From Candidatus Methanomethylophilaceae archaeon (lineage in GTDB: Archaea; Thermoplasmatota; Thermoplasmata; Methanomassiliicoccales; Methanomethylophilaceae), in contig CALUHR010000006.1 in NCBI GenBank assembly GCA_944320495.1, positions 1 through 64,000 on the forward strand: a DNA stretch of 64,000 nt, in the 5' to 3' direction. The translations under genes and the position numbers were made by a program. The notes beneath the pieces were generated by a model. It did not search any database. It saw nothing but the letters and a program-made list of their open reading frames with translations, and was not told the origin of the DNA. Every line of letters begins with the position of its first letter. The first letter of the stretch is position 1. Positions 51,373-62,031 of this stretch are shown in pieces.

Positions 51373-53631
51373 ATGGTCAGATTCTCCTGGGACAGTGTGG
51401 GCTTCGTATCCCAGGGCTCACGTGTGGACAGGACATACTTCCCGGCGGACTTCTCGGAGGACATCGAGCTCCACCGCGGGGAGGAGGGCCGCGAGTGCCC
51501 GTACGTGCCGTCCGGATACGCGAGCCCGGACTACTCCGTCCTGGGGGACGACCAGGTCAGATACTACCTGTGGTGGAGGTCCTGTGCCGAGGCCGGGGTC
51601 ATAGACAGTTCCGACGAGGGGTACGCCTGGCTCTACTGCAGGGAGCTCATAGAGTCCCCCGGGGACCCGAGGGATACGCTGTCGAGGATAGTGGCATTCA
51701 CCCGCACCTGCGGCACCAGCCTGAGGCTGTCCCCCATGGTCGCCTCCCTCGCAGCCGACTACGCCATATCGAAGGGGCTGCCGCTGGACCTGGTCCCGAG
51801 GGACCGCAGCTTCGCGGCCTCCGACGCACTCATCACATGGGACCTCACCCGGTACCCTATCGGGGGGACCTTCCCCGGTGCGCTGATCCCGGCGGACGTC
51901 TACAACTGGAGGAGGCTGTTTCCGAAGCTGGGGGACGAGACAATGGAGGAGATCGTCCTTCTCAGTCTGAGGGGTATCGACGAGATCGTCCGCTCCACCG
52001 AGGGGATGGGGCTCATCAGGGCGATCGGCTGCGTCCCCGAACCGTCGGACATCGTGCCCCTGGCCAGGTTCATCCGTCCTGAGGACTACCGGACGGTGAC
52101 GATGCCGGTGGTCCCGAGGGAGAGGGGCCCGTACGCGCATCTGGTGGACGCCGTGATCAGGCAGGCCGTCCGCTTCATGGTGCCTCGGGGAGGACCCTCC
52201 GTGCCGAGGACGTTCCCGAAGGGGTGGCGCCGCGCCGTGGCGGCCGCCGTGGACGCCGCGGTCAACGACTGCGGATGGATGGCATCCATGTTCAGGGACG
52301 GCGACGAGGGGTACTGGGAGGACGACGACCTCATAGTTCGCAGGGGCGACGACCGCCCCCGCATCATCCCGCAGCAGATCGGGGTGATGGAGCCGGGACG
52401 TCCCAGGATGTCCATGCGCGAGTTCATGTCCCACTGGTCCGACGAATCCGATGTCAGGGTGGACTACGTTCCGTCCGGGAGGACGGAGACGACGTACTCG
52501 GCCATGGACGACGGACAGTTGGCGTTCTACAGGTACTGGCGCACCCAGGCCCGGAAGGGGAGGTTCCTGGACACCGACCAGGGGTACCTCTGGCTCTTCT
52601 GTACCGAGGCCGTCAACATAGACGATGAGCCCGAGGCCATCCAGGGGATGTTCGAATCCGCCCTGGAGGCATATGCCGGTAGCAACGGCCTCGCCCCGTT
52701 GAGGATCGCGGCCAACGACCACGCCGTGCTGCACCACATGGACACGCCCTCGGACACCGACCACAGGATGTCTCGCTACGTGGCGTACGCCAAGCTGGCG
52801 TCCGACCCCATCGGCAGGATGGACGTGGACATGGCGGACCAGCTGGCACACTATGACTCGTCGAAGTACACCTCCGCCGAGCCCGACCTCCACGGCATCG
52901 CCTTCACCGAGGCGGTCAGGGCGGTGGACTCGTACATGCTCGAGAACAATGGCAAGAGGCTCGTCGACCGCTGCACCATGAGGGAGATGGAGGGCACCAT
53001 GAGGCTCTACAAGGGCCTGTGGACCTCGGAGTCCGTGGTCCTGGGCGTGGAGTTCAAGGACGTCCTGTCGTCGAGGAGGATCGAGTCGCTGATCGACGGC
53101 ATCTACCGTGTGTCCATCCGCACGGTCAACAGGAGCCTCGGCGACCCGGCACCGCGCTATCCGAAGGACCTGCCGGATGCCATGATCAAGGTGGCCGAGG
53201 ATGCGGTGGCTGCCCTGATGGACCGCCGCGACATGGAGAGGGAGGACGACCTGGCCAGGATGGAGGCGTCCAGGATGGTGCTGGACCGCGACGCCGTCGA
53301 ATCAGCCGCCAGGGACCTGGAGGCCGTCACGGGCATGATGGCAGTGGACGACGATGACGACGAGATCGAGGAGGTCCCGATCGTCGCGTCCCCGGACGGG
53401 GGGTGGGACGGGCTCGTCGCCTCCCTCGACGATGCCGAGACCGCCTATCTTCACGATTCACTGACCCCCCGCGGGGCGGGCCCGTGGTCACTCGAGGGCA
53501 CCGGGAGGCGCCCTTCGGAGGTGGAGGACGCGGTAAACTCAAAGGCGATGGACGCCATCGGGGACGCCATCGTGGAGGGCGGAAGGGCCGTCGAGGACTA
53601 CGCCCCCGACATCGAGGGTGCTCTCAGATGA
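51373..53631 (+). CDS. sngA: Shango SngA-like protein: two TerB_N-like domains + TerB_C
   Basis: Two copies of Y.PS...P/TY..L/M...Q..YY..WR......D.D.GY.WL; C-terminal LD...I.....DL..V..M and IN.K.....GD.I. Confidence 0.8.
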   Translation: MVRFSWDSVGFVSQGSRVDRTYFPADFSEDIELHRGEEGRECPYVPSGYASPDYSVLGDDQVRYYLWWRSCAEAGVIDSSDEGYAWLYCRELIESPGDPRDTLSRIVAFTRTCGTSLRLSPMVASLAADYAISKGLPLDLVPRDRSFAASDALITWDLTRYPIGGTFPGALIPADVYNWRRLFPKLGDETMEEIVLLSLRGIDEIVRSTEGMGLIRAIGCVPEPSDIVPLARFIRPEDYRTVTMPVVPRERGPYAHLVDAVIRQAVRFMVPRGGPSVPRTFPKGWRRAVAAAVDAAVNDCGWMASMFRDGDEGYWEDDDLIVRRGDDRPRIIPQQIGVMEPGRPRMSMREFMSHWSDESDVRVDYVPSGRTETTYSAMDDGQLAFYRYWRTQARKGRFLDTDQGYLWLFCTEAVNIDDEPEAIQGMFESALEAYAGSNGLAPLRIAANDHAVLHHMDTPSDTDHRMSRYVAYAKLASDPIGRMDVDMADQLAHYDSSKYTSAEPDLHGIAFTEAVRAVDSYMLENNGKRLVDRCTMREMEGTMRLYKGLWTSESVVLGVEFKDVLSSRRIESLIDGIYRVSIRTVNRSLGDPAPRYPKDLPDAMIKVAEDAVAALMDRRDMEREDDLARMEASRMVLDRDAVESAARDLEAVTGMMAVDDDDDEIEEVPIVASPDGGWDGLVASLDDAETAYLHDSLTPRGAGPWSLEGTGRRPSEVEDAVNSKAMDAIGDAIVEGGRAVEDYAPDIEGALR

Positions 53632-54890
53632 CCGCAATTCCGAAGAGGACGCTGACAACGATGATGAACGCCCTGGCGTCCGGCGTGGTCCCCCGCAGGG
53701 GGCTGGAGTACATAGCCGTCGGCAGGCGCAGGGAGACCGAGACGTTCGTCTCCGACCTGGAGGACACCGCCGAGGGCGGAGGGGCGTTCAGGTTCATCTC
53801 CGGCCGCTACGGCAACGGCAAGAGCTTCATGATCCAGATGGTCAGGAACTACGCGATGGACCGCGGGTTCATGGTCATGGACGCCGACCTCGCGATCAAC
53901 AGGAGGCTGACCGGGAGCAGGGGCGAGGGCCTCAACACCTACCGCGAGCTGGTCCGCAACATGGCGGTCAAGGCCCGTCCGGACGGAGGGGCGATGGAGT
54001 CCCTCCTGCAGAACTGGCTCTATCCGATCATCGACTCGGAGGGGGATCCGGAGAGGGTGGCCTCAGCGATACGCTCCGCGACCTCGGGCATGTCGGGCAT
54101 GACGTTCTACCGCGACTTCGTCACGATAGTCATCTCCTACTCCAAGGACCTGATGGACCAGCGCGACGACAGCCCCGCGCTCCGCTGGCTCAAGGGCGAG
54201 TACGACCTCAAGTCCGAGGCCAGGAGGGACCTCGATGTTTCCACCCTGATCAGCGACTCCAACTGGTACGACTACGTCAAGCTCTGGGCGGAGCTCTCGG
54301 TCCGCGCCGGATACAGGGGGGCGGTGGTCTTCCTGGACGAGGCGGTGGTCCTGTACAAGCTGCAGAACCGCGCATCCAGGAGCAACAACTACGAGCGCCT
54401 CCTCACAATATTCAACGACATAATGCAGGGCAAGTCCTCGCATCTCTCCATGTACGTGTGCGGGACCCCGGAGTTCATAACGGATCCCGACAGGGGCCTG
54501 TACAGCTACGAGGCGCTGAGGTCCAGGCTCGTGTCCGGGAGGTTCGAGAACGGCTACGACAACTACCTCGGTCCGGTGATCAACCTCCGTCCCCTGACCA
54601 ACGAGGAGGTGTTCGTGCTCCTTCGCACGCCCCGCGGGTTGCACGAGCAGCGCTACGGCTACGAGTCCGGCATAACGGACGACATGCTCGAGTCGTACCT
54701 CAGGACCGTGACGGCGACCATCGGAGGAAGGGACATGGTCACCCCCAGGGAGATCACCAGGGACTTCATCAGCCTCCTGGACACCCTCCACCAGAACCCC
54801 CAGACCCGCTTCTCGGACATGATCGAGGGCCATTCCGTGAAGGCCGACCGCAACCCGGACGACGACCTCATCGACGACCTCGAGCTATGA
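53628..54890 (+). CDS. sngB: Shango SngB-like DUF2791 P-loop ATPase
   Basis: GVVPR.GL..IAVGR, G.YGNGKSF, FLDEAV, NYE.LL, YEAL.SRL. Confidence 0.88.
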   Translation: MTAIPKRTLTTMMNALASGVVPRRGLEYIAVGRRRETETFVSDLEDTAEGGGAFRFISGRYGNGKSFMIQMVRNYAMDRGFMVMDADLAINRRLTGSRGEGLNTYRELVRNMAVKARPDGGAMESLLQNWLYPIIDSEGDPERVASAIRSATSGMSGMTFYRDFVTIVISYSKDLMDQRDDSPALRWLKGEYDLKSEARRDLDVSTLISDSNWYDYVKLWAELSVRAGYRGAVVFLDEAVVLYKLQNRASRSNNYERLLTIFNDIMQGKSSHLSMYVCGTPEFITDPDRGLYSYEALRSRLVSGRFENGYDNYLGPVINLRPLTNEEVFVLLRTPRGLHEQRYGYESGITDDMLESYLRTVTATIGGRDMVTPREITRDFISLLDTLHQNPQTRFSDMIEGHSVKADRNPDDDLIDDLEL

Positions 54891-57004
54891 CCGACTTCCT
54901 GGAGAGGATGCCGCCGTTCCTCAGGGAGCGGATACACGCCGAGGGCTGGAGGTCCTGGCGCGGTGTCCAGGAGGACTCCTTCCGGGTGCTCTTCGATTCG
55001 GGGGACCATCTTCTGATCTCGGCCGGCACGTCTTCCGGCAAGACGGAGGCTGCCATGATCCCGGTGATATCATCGCTGGCACTGGATCCGCCGGAGGGCG
55101 TCGGCGCGATCTACGTGGGGCCGACCAAGGCGCTCATCGACGACCAGTTCGCCCGCCTGGACAGGATGCTGAGGGACTCCCCCGTGGAGGTCACCGGTTG
55201 GCACGGCGACATATCCCAGGCGTCCAAGGAGAGGCTGAGGAGGGATCCCAGGGGGATCCTTCAGATCACACCGGAGTCCCTCCAGGGCGTGGTCTGCGAC
55301 CGCGACCTCGTCGGGAGGATGTTCCCGGACCTCCGCTTCGTCGTCATAGACGAGGTCCACGCATTCATGGCGTCGGACCGCGGGCTCCAGCTCCTGTGCG
55401 AGCTGGACGCCATCGAGCGCATCGCCGGGTGCTCGCCCAGGAGGATAGGGCTGTCCGCCACCCTCTCGGACACGGAGGGGGCCGAGGCGTGGCTCCGCGC
55501 CGGCACTGACCGCGGCATAAGGACGGTGTCCTCGAATGACGGCGTGCCGTGCAGGGTCGGTGTCAAGTACATGCGCATCCCCGCGGAGGGAGACGCCCGC
55601 AAGCTCGCGGTGCTCTCGTACTACAGGGAGCTGAACCGTCTCACCGACCCGTACTCGTGCATCGTGTTCACCAACAGCCGCGCCTCCGCCGAGAGGACCG
55701 CCCGGTCCCTGGACAGGGTGGCGCGCTCCGAGGGGTCCGGGAACCCGGTGAGGATCCACCACGGTTCCCTCGCCGCCTCCGTCCGCAGGGACGCGGAGGC
55801 GGATCTGAAGGAGGGCAGGCATCCCACCGTGGTGGCCACCTCCACCCTGGAGCTGGGCATGGACATCGGGGGCCTGGACCGCGTGGTCCAGATCGGCGCC
55901 CCCTACACCTGCTCGTCCATGCTCCAGCGCATGGGCCGCACCGGGCGCCGCGGGGGCAGGAGGGAGATGATCGTCTTCTGCACCGACGACGAGTCGAAGT
56001 GGTCCCCCTCCCCGCCGGGGACCTCCATGGACCTGGTCCGCGCCATCGCGGTCAAGGAGCTGGCCGTCGGAGAGGGATGGACGGAGCCGATCGAGCCGAA
56101 CCCTCTGCCGTTCGGTCTGCTGTACCATCAGACGCTGGCATACCTGAAGGGCGCCGACCACGACGTCAGGTGGCCGGAGCTGAGGGACACGTTGCTCGCG
56201 ATGTGGCCGTTCAGGAACATCTCCGGCGAGGAGTACAGGGAGCTGGCCATGCACATGCTGTCCCTGGGGCACCTGCAGAGGATGGAGGACGGCACCCTGC
56301 TCATAGGGCTGAAGGGCGAGCCCATCGCCAACGGCAGGGACTTCGCCTCCACCTTCGAGGTCCAGGAGTCCGTGGAGATACGCTCCGGCGGGGAGGTCCT
56401 GGGGACGGTGCAGGGCAGGCCGAGCGAGGGGAAGCTGGTCTCGCTGGCGGGCAAGGTGTGGCAGGTGATACGCGTCGGGGACGGATGGGCGGATGTCAGG
56501 GAGGTTCCCGAGGGCTCCGCCGAGTCTAAGTGGGAGTCGATGCCGCCGGATGTCAGCGACGAGGTCGCCGCCCGGATGAGGGAGGTGCTGGGCGGGGACT
56601 CCGCGTACCCGTACCTGGACTCGTCGGCGAGGGCGGAGCTGGAGGAGACATGCGCCGTGTTCCGCGAGAAGGGGTACAGCGGCGCGGTGGAGACGTCCGA
56701 CGGGTTCATCCTGTTCCCCTGGGTGGGGACCCGCATGTTCGAGACGATCCGGAGGGCGCTGATGTGCATCGGAGCGCAGGTGCCCATGCACGCGTCGCCA
56801 CTGTGGATGCGCGTGGTGACCGACCTCACCTGGGAGGAGGCCAGCGTGATGATCGCAGAGTACATCCGGTCGGTGGAGCCTGAGGATCTGGTTCTTCTGG
56901 AGGATGTGGAGGACATGGGGAAGTACGAGAGGTTCGTCCCCGAGGGGCTGAGGGCGAGGGAGTTCGCGGCGCACAGGCTGGATGTTAAGAAGCTAGTCCA
57001 GTGA
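54887..57004 (+). CDS. sngC: Shango SngC-like Lhr-type DEAD/DEAH helicase
   Basis: AGTSSGKTEAA, PTKALIDDQ, ITPESL, DEVHAF, LSAT, HHGSL, TSTLELG.DIG, QRMGRTGRR. Confidence 0.9.
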   Translation: MTDFLERMPPFLRERIHAEGWRSWRGVQEDSFRVLFDSGDHLLISAGTSSGKTEAAMIPVISSLALDPPEGVGAIYVGPTKALIDDQFARLDRMLRDSPVEVTGWHGDISQASKERLRRDPRGILQITPESLQGVVCDRDLVGRMFPDLRFVVIDEVHAFMASDRGLQLLCELDAIERIAGCSPRRIGLSATLSDTEGAEAWLRAGTDRGIRTVSSNDGVPCRVGVKYMRIPAEGDARKLAVLSYYRELNRLTDPYSCIVFTNSRASAERTARSLDRVARSEGSGNPVRIHHGSLAASVRRDAEADLKEGRHPTVVATSTLELGMDIGGLDRVVQIGAPYTCSSMLQRMGRTGRRGGRREMIVFCTDDESKWSPSPPGTSMDLVRAIAVKELAVGEGWTEPIEPNPLPFGLLYHQTLAYLKGADHDVRWPELRDTLLAMWPFRNISGEEYRELAMHMLSLGHLQRMEDGTLLIGLKGEPIANGRDFASTFEVQESVEIRSGGEVLGTVQGRPSEGKLVSLAGKVWQVIRVGDGWADVREVPEGSAESKWESMPPDVSDEVAARMREVLGGDSAYPYLDSSARAELEETCAVFREKGYSGAVETSDGFILFPWVGTRMFETIRRALMCIGAQVPMHASPLWMRVVTDLTWEEASVMIAEYIRSVEPEDLVLLEDVEDMGKYERFVPEGLRAREFAAHRLDVKKLVQ

Positions 57005-57031
57005 ACGAGTGGATCTATTGATTGTCAAAAT

Positions 57032-57079
57032 ACAAAGATAACAAACATTACAAGTAATACAATTATTACAAGAATAACA
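57032..57079. repeat. Five 9-bp tandem units upstream of cas3
   Basis: ACAAAGATA ACAAACATT ACAAGTAAT ACAATTATT ACAAGAATA ACA. Confidence 0.7.
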
Positions 57080-57120
57080 GCGAGCATCATATATTTGGAT
57101 ATCCGCTGCGATTCCCTATC

Positions 57121-59883
57121 ATGGAATCCTCTGGAGAACGGGCCTCCAATCTGTCGGTGAGGGCGAGATCCCTTTGGGCGAAGGTCTCGAATCAGAGAGG
57201 TAGCTCCGATTGGCTATCGCTTCCAACCCACATGAGCGACTCATGTATGGTATGCAGGGAGATCTGGAATGATTGGGTCAGTCCGGCTGTGAAAAGCATC
57301 ATTGTTCGTGGGATTAGCATGTCCGACGGTTCCGATGCTTCTTTGGAAACGGCAGAGGGATTGGCATTGTTTCTTGCCGCCGCTCACGATCTTGGCAAAG
57401 CGTCCCCCGCGTTCCAATGTAGGATCATACCATCCAATCTTGATATTCAGGAGGAATGTCGTCAGAGGCTGGCAGGTTCAGGTCTTGAATTGAATCTAAA
57501 TCTAAGCCAGTCTCATTCCCCGAAGCACGCTATCATCTCGGAGATGATCCTTGAGAGGAATGGAATCGACCGTACCATTGGTGTGGTTCTAGGAGGGCAT
57601 CATGGTAAGCCGCCGGGTTTTGCGGATCTCGAGAATCTCAGCGCTTACAGCGGACACACGGGATCGAAATCGAAGTCATGGGTAGAGGTGCAGGACGAGC
57701 TCCTGGTTTTCGCATGCCAGCTGTCATCATTCGATCTCGGGATGGTGCGCCAAATAAGACTGGATCTCCAATCGCAGGCTGTACTGACAGGTCTCGTGAT
57801 AATGTCCGATTGGATGGCCAGCGATGAGACTCTCTTCCCCTATTCGGAGGATGGGATCGGACAGTCGACATCCGAGCGCATCGGGGAGGCATGGGCCAGC
57901 ATAGGTATCAGGAGATGGGATGCGGAAGACGAATGGTCGTCATATGACCTCTACGAGGGAAGGTTCGGATTCACGGCCAGGCCATTCCAGAGAGCAGTGG
58001 CGGATGTCGCAGCCAATGTCTTCGGACCATGTATGATTGTGATCGAGGCACCGATGGGTGAAGGTAAGACAGAAGCTGCCCTGGTGGCCGCAGAGACGCT
58101 GGCGAGCAGATTCGGGGATGGGGGAGTGGTATTTGCGCTGCCTACACAAGCCACCGCTGACGGGATATTCAAGAGATTCCTGGATTGGGCAGAGAAGGCG
58201 TCCCCTGGTTTCGATCGTCATTCGATATTCCTCGCTCATGGGAAATCCAGATTCAACAATCAGTTCAACAGGCTCAGATCTTCAAATATGAGGGTCGGGG
58301 GCGAAGATGGCAACTTGGTGTCAGGCAACATCGTAGCCATGGATTGGTTCAGCGGTCGCAAGAAGGGGCTGTTGTCCGATTTCGTCGTAGGGACTGTTGA
58401 TCAGGTTCTAATGGCTGGTCTTAAGCAGAGGCATCTGGCCTTGAGGCATCTGGCCTTGTCAGGCAAGGTCGTGGTGATTGACGAATGTCATGCTTATGAT
58501 GCTTACATGGGCAGTTATCTCTCACTCGTGCTGCGTTGGCTGGGGTCTTACAGAGTGCCCGTCATACTGATGTCTGCCACTCTTCCCTCGGGGACCCGTA
58601 GGATGCTCATGGAGTCCTACTCCAACAGTAGCGTCGATCAAACCGAAGAGGATTCCATGGCGTATCCGAGGATTTCCGTAGTGGATGGAAACGAGACATC
58701 CTATGTATTTCCCGGTTCTTCATCAAGAAGGTATGATGTCAGAATCGAGCGCGTCACGGATTCGGAGATGATGGACAAGCTGCATGCATTTCTGCAGAAC
58801 GGGGGATGTGCCGGTGTTATAGTCAATACCGTTGCCCGTGCACAGGGATTCTACGAGAAACTGAAGTCAGAATACCCAGATGATCGTGTAATTCTCATCC
58901 ATTCTGCGTTCACCGGAACCGATCGTTCGGTCATAGAGTCGGATGTCATGGATGCTCTGCATGAGGCCCACAACACTCAGCAGACGAGGACGATCGTTGT
59001 CGGGACACAAGTGTTGGAGCAATCCCTGGACATTGACTTCGATTTGCTGGTCAGCGACATTTGTCCCATGGATCTGCTGATCCAGCGTATCGGACGTCTG
59101 CACAGGCATGACAACCCGCGTTCCTCCAAGATGGCCGAAGCGACATGTCTGGTCCTCGACACAGATAGTGAGGAATTCGAGAAGGGTTCGGAGGCCGTCT
59201 ACGGCAGATTCCATCTGATGAATGCCCGTCTGCTCCTTCCGGAATCCCTGAACATACCGGACGATATCCCGAGGTTGGTCGAATCCGCTTACGATCCATC
59301 CGGGATCCCATGGGGGACGGAAGTCTTCGAGGATTATCTCGATGCCAAAAGGGATGATAGTGACCTGATATCAATCGAGAGGAGGAAGGCAAGGGCTTTC
59401 CAGATCTGTCGTCCGGACAGGTCTCCGGAAGGCGATGGCAGTCTGGTGGGATGGCTAGAGATGGCCCTGTCGGACAAAACCGAAAGAATGGCGGAATGCA
59501 CAGTCAGGGATGCAGATCCGTCGGTGGAGGTCATCCTGGTATGTCGCGATCATGCGGGGAATTTCAGAACTTTGCCCTGGGTGGGGGAGACCGGAGGTTC
59601 GATCATACCTCCGGATTCCTGTCCGGATGTCGGATTGGCATACGAGATGGCAGGGTGCAAGATACGCCTGCCGGGCAGATTGACCCGCAGGTACAACATA
59701 GATGAGACTGTGAATAAACTAGAGTACATTATATAGCAAAACATCATACCTCAGGTGTGGCAGGAGTCCCATTGGCTCGCAGGGGAACTCTTCCTCCTGT
59801 TGGATGAGGACCTGACGGTGACGTTCGAGGGGCTCAGGATGAGGTACGACAGGGAGTATGGAATGAGGGTTTGCGATGATCGA
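57121..59883 (+). CDS. cas3: Cas3 HD nuclease-helicase (type I-E), internal TAG at 59734-59736, CGA end
   Basis: HDLGKA, GGHHG, SDWMAS, APMGEGKTEAA, DECHAYD, MSATL, TQVLEQSLDIDFD, QRIGRLHRH; Cas3-like tail WQES.WL.GEL.LLLD...YD.EYG lies after the TAG. Confidence 0.92.
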
Positions 59884-61426
59884 GAAAGAATTCAACCTGA
59901 TCCGCGAGAAGTGGATACCGGTGATGAAAGAGGATGGGACGATCGAGGAGGTGGGTCTGGAGGATGTGCTGGTCCATGCCCACGAGTATCTCCGCATATC
60001 GAGTGAACTTCCTACCTTGGACTATGCTCTGATGAGGCTTCTGATGGCAACGGCCTATGCCGCCAACCGCGGATGGCTGGATGGGATCGATGATGTGGGG
60101 TCCGCCACATCATCATGGAAGCAGGTCATGGATGCCGGCAGATTCGACGAGTCCGCCATCAGAGGATATCTGGATAGGTACGAGGACAGGTTCTACCTGT
60201 TCCATCCGACGCGTCCATTCTACCAGGCCCCGATCGACAAAGGGACGGAGTACTCCGCAGCCAAGCTGATAGGGACGCTTTCCGAGAGTTCCAACAAACC
60301 GAGGTTCTTCCAGATGGTGAGCGGTGTTGCCAAGGAGAGCATAAGCTATCCGGAGGCGGCCAGATGGCTACTCCATGTAATCGCCTATGATGATACCTCG
60401 GCCAAGCCGACCGTTCCAAAATCCGGGCTCCCATCGCCAGGTGCGGGATGGGTTGGCAAGATCGGGCCAGTGTATTTCGCAGGGGACAACCTCTTCCAGA
60501 CGCTGCTCCTGAACATGCCGTTCTACAATATGATCCTGAACGAGCCGTTCACTGATGGCGTGGCAACGTGGGAACCAGAGGTCGCGAACGTCACAGAACG
60601 CAGGGAGATCCCCCTGCCGGGAAGCCCCATCGAACTTCTGACCATCCAGTCCAGAAGGATACTCCTGAAGAGGAACGGGGAGAGAGTCACAGGATTCCTT
60701 CTGCTCGGCGGGGACTTCTTCCAGAAGGAGAACGCGTTCATCGAACAGATGACGGCTTGGCATCGCACCAAGGAGGGAGGATGGGTGCCGTCGAGGCACG
60801 ATCCTGCCCGGTTCATCTGGCGTGATTTCAATCCGCTCCTCTTGGAGCGTGATGAGGACAACAACCCTGGCGTGGTGAAGTGGGTGTCCCGTCTGGCGAG
60901 CCGTGGAATCATAGCGAAGGGCAATGTCAGGCTGACCACCACTGCCGTGACCTATGGCGACAAGGATTTCGTAGCAACGGGTGTGGTAAACGATGCCCTG
61001 TCGCTGAATTCCCAGATTCTCTCCGATCTCGGCAGGAACTGGAGGGTCCGCATCTCGGATTCCCTCGACTCCACTGATCAATGTGTCATGGCATTCGGGA
61101 GATTCGTACAGAACCTGGCCGTGGCCGAAGGGGAGGATGAGAAGTCATTGGACCTGCCGAAGTTGCGTTCCGTGGCCATGGAGCAGGCTTACTTCAGACT
61201 CGACAAACCGTTCAGGGTCTGGCTCTCAGCCATCGATCCCGATTCGGATTCAGAAGACGACAGGATCGCCGAGTGGGAGCGTCAGATGCGCTCCCTGCTC
61301 TTCTCCATGGCCGATGACATGGTGAACGGATGCAGTATCAAGGCGATCACTGGTCGCGATATGGAGAGGAACGCATTCAGCAGACTTCAGTTCTTCAAAA
61401 ACACGGTCAACAAGATCCTGAGGTGA
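59876..61426 (+). CDS. cas8e: Cas8e (CasA/Cse1)
   Basis: FNLI.E.WIPV, RFYLFHP..PFYQ, EAARWL, G.NLFQTL.LN, EQMT.W. Confidence 0.92.
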   Translation: MIEKEFNLIREKWIPVMKEDGTIEEVGLEDVLVHAHEYLRISSELPTLDYALMRLLMATAYAANRGWLDGIDDVGSATSSWKQVMDAGRFDESAIRGYLDRYEDRFYLFHPTRPFYQAPIDKGTEYSAAKLIGTLSESSNKPRFFQMVSGVAKESISYPEAARWLLHVIAYDDTSAKPTVPKSGLPSPGAGWVGKIGPVYFAGDNLFQTLLLNMPFYNMILNEPFTDGVATWEPEVANVTERREIPLPGSPIELLTIQSRRILLKRNGERVTGFLLLGGDFFQKENAFIEQMTAWHRTKEGGWVPSRHDPARFIWRDFNPLLLERDEDNNPGVVKWVSRLASRGIIAKGNVRLTTTAVTYGDKDFVATGVVNDALSLNSQILSDLGRNWRVRISDSLDSTDQCVMAFGRFVQNLAVAEGEDEKSLDLPKLRSVAMEQAYFRLDKPFRVWLSAIDPDSDSEDDRIAEWERQMRSLLFSMADDMVNGCSIKAITGRDMERNAFSRLQFFKNTVNKILR

Positions 61427-61431
61427 ATGAT

Positions 61432-62031
61432 ATGTATGATACTGCAGACGCAGTCCACAGATTCGTGAAGGGGAGGATAGCCGTCCTGCAGACGGACGAT
61501 CCTCAGAACAAGGCGAGGCTCGCCGTCCTCAGGCGCGGTCTCGGAAAGGACCCTGCGGATTCCGCGGAGGTCTGGTCGATAACCATGGAAGGCATCCCAG
61601 ATGAGCTTACCGCTAAGGGCAGCGGCATCATCCAGGCCACCGATGCGGAATGGGCCATCCATACTGCCCTCACACTCTACGCGCTGCACAGGCAGGGCTC
61701 GAATGCCCAGATGAGTACATCCGAACGCTCTTTCGCATCGGCCATCCGTCTTCTCACGGACCCGTCCGATGAGTCAGGCGGACCCGTGAAGAAGCGCTTC
61801 GATGCGCTGGTGACCTCGGAGAGCATCACGGAGGTCGCCAATCATGCGCGCAGGATCGTGCAGCTTCTCAAGGCGTCGGACAGGCCCATAGCATTCGACT
61901 ATCCAGCCCTTGCACGCGATATCTATCTCTATGGGATGCCGGGCGGCAGGCGCGCCGTACGTCTCAGATGGGGCCAGGACTATTTCAGGGCAGAGAAAGC
62001 AGACAGGAATGAGGAGAACAAGGAGGAATGA
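61432..62031 (+). CDS. cse2: Cse2 (CasB/Cas11)
   Basis: LA.LRRGLG, E.A....L.LYALH.QG, RF.AL, DY..LA.D, WG.DY. Confidence 0.92.
   Translation: MYDTADAVHRFVKGRIAVLQTDDPQNKARLAVLRRGLGKDPADSAEVWSITMEGIPDELTAKGSGIIQATDAEWAIHTALTLYALHRQGSNAQMSTSERSFASAIRLLTDPSDESGGPVKKRFDALVTSESITEVANHARRIVQLLKASDRPIAFDYPALARDIYLYGMPGGRRAVRLRWGQDYFRAEKADRNEENKEE

Noticed and set aside
53403-54886. Long N-terminal extensions on sngB (from 53403) and sngC (from 53618)
   Set aside because: Real starts overlap upstream stops (ATGA at 53628 and 54887); extensions are off-frame reads of neighbours.
2598-56974. Many long antisense or off-frame ORFs (e.g. 2598..4472, 9883..11214, 31799..33313, 55070..56974)
   Set aside because: Shadows of real genes caused by high GC3; low-complexity R/G/P translations without family motifs.
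58429-58458. 15-bp tandem duplication AGGCATCTGGCCTTG in cas3
   Set aside because: Encodes RHLALRHLAL, matching the normal Cas3 H..LRH..L motif; no length change evident.
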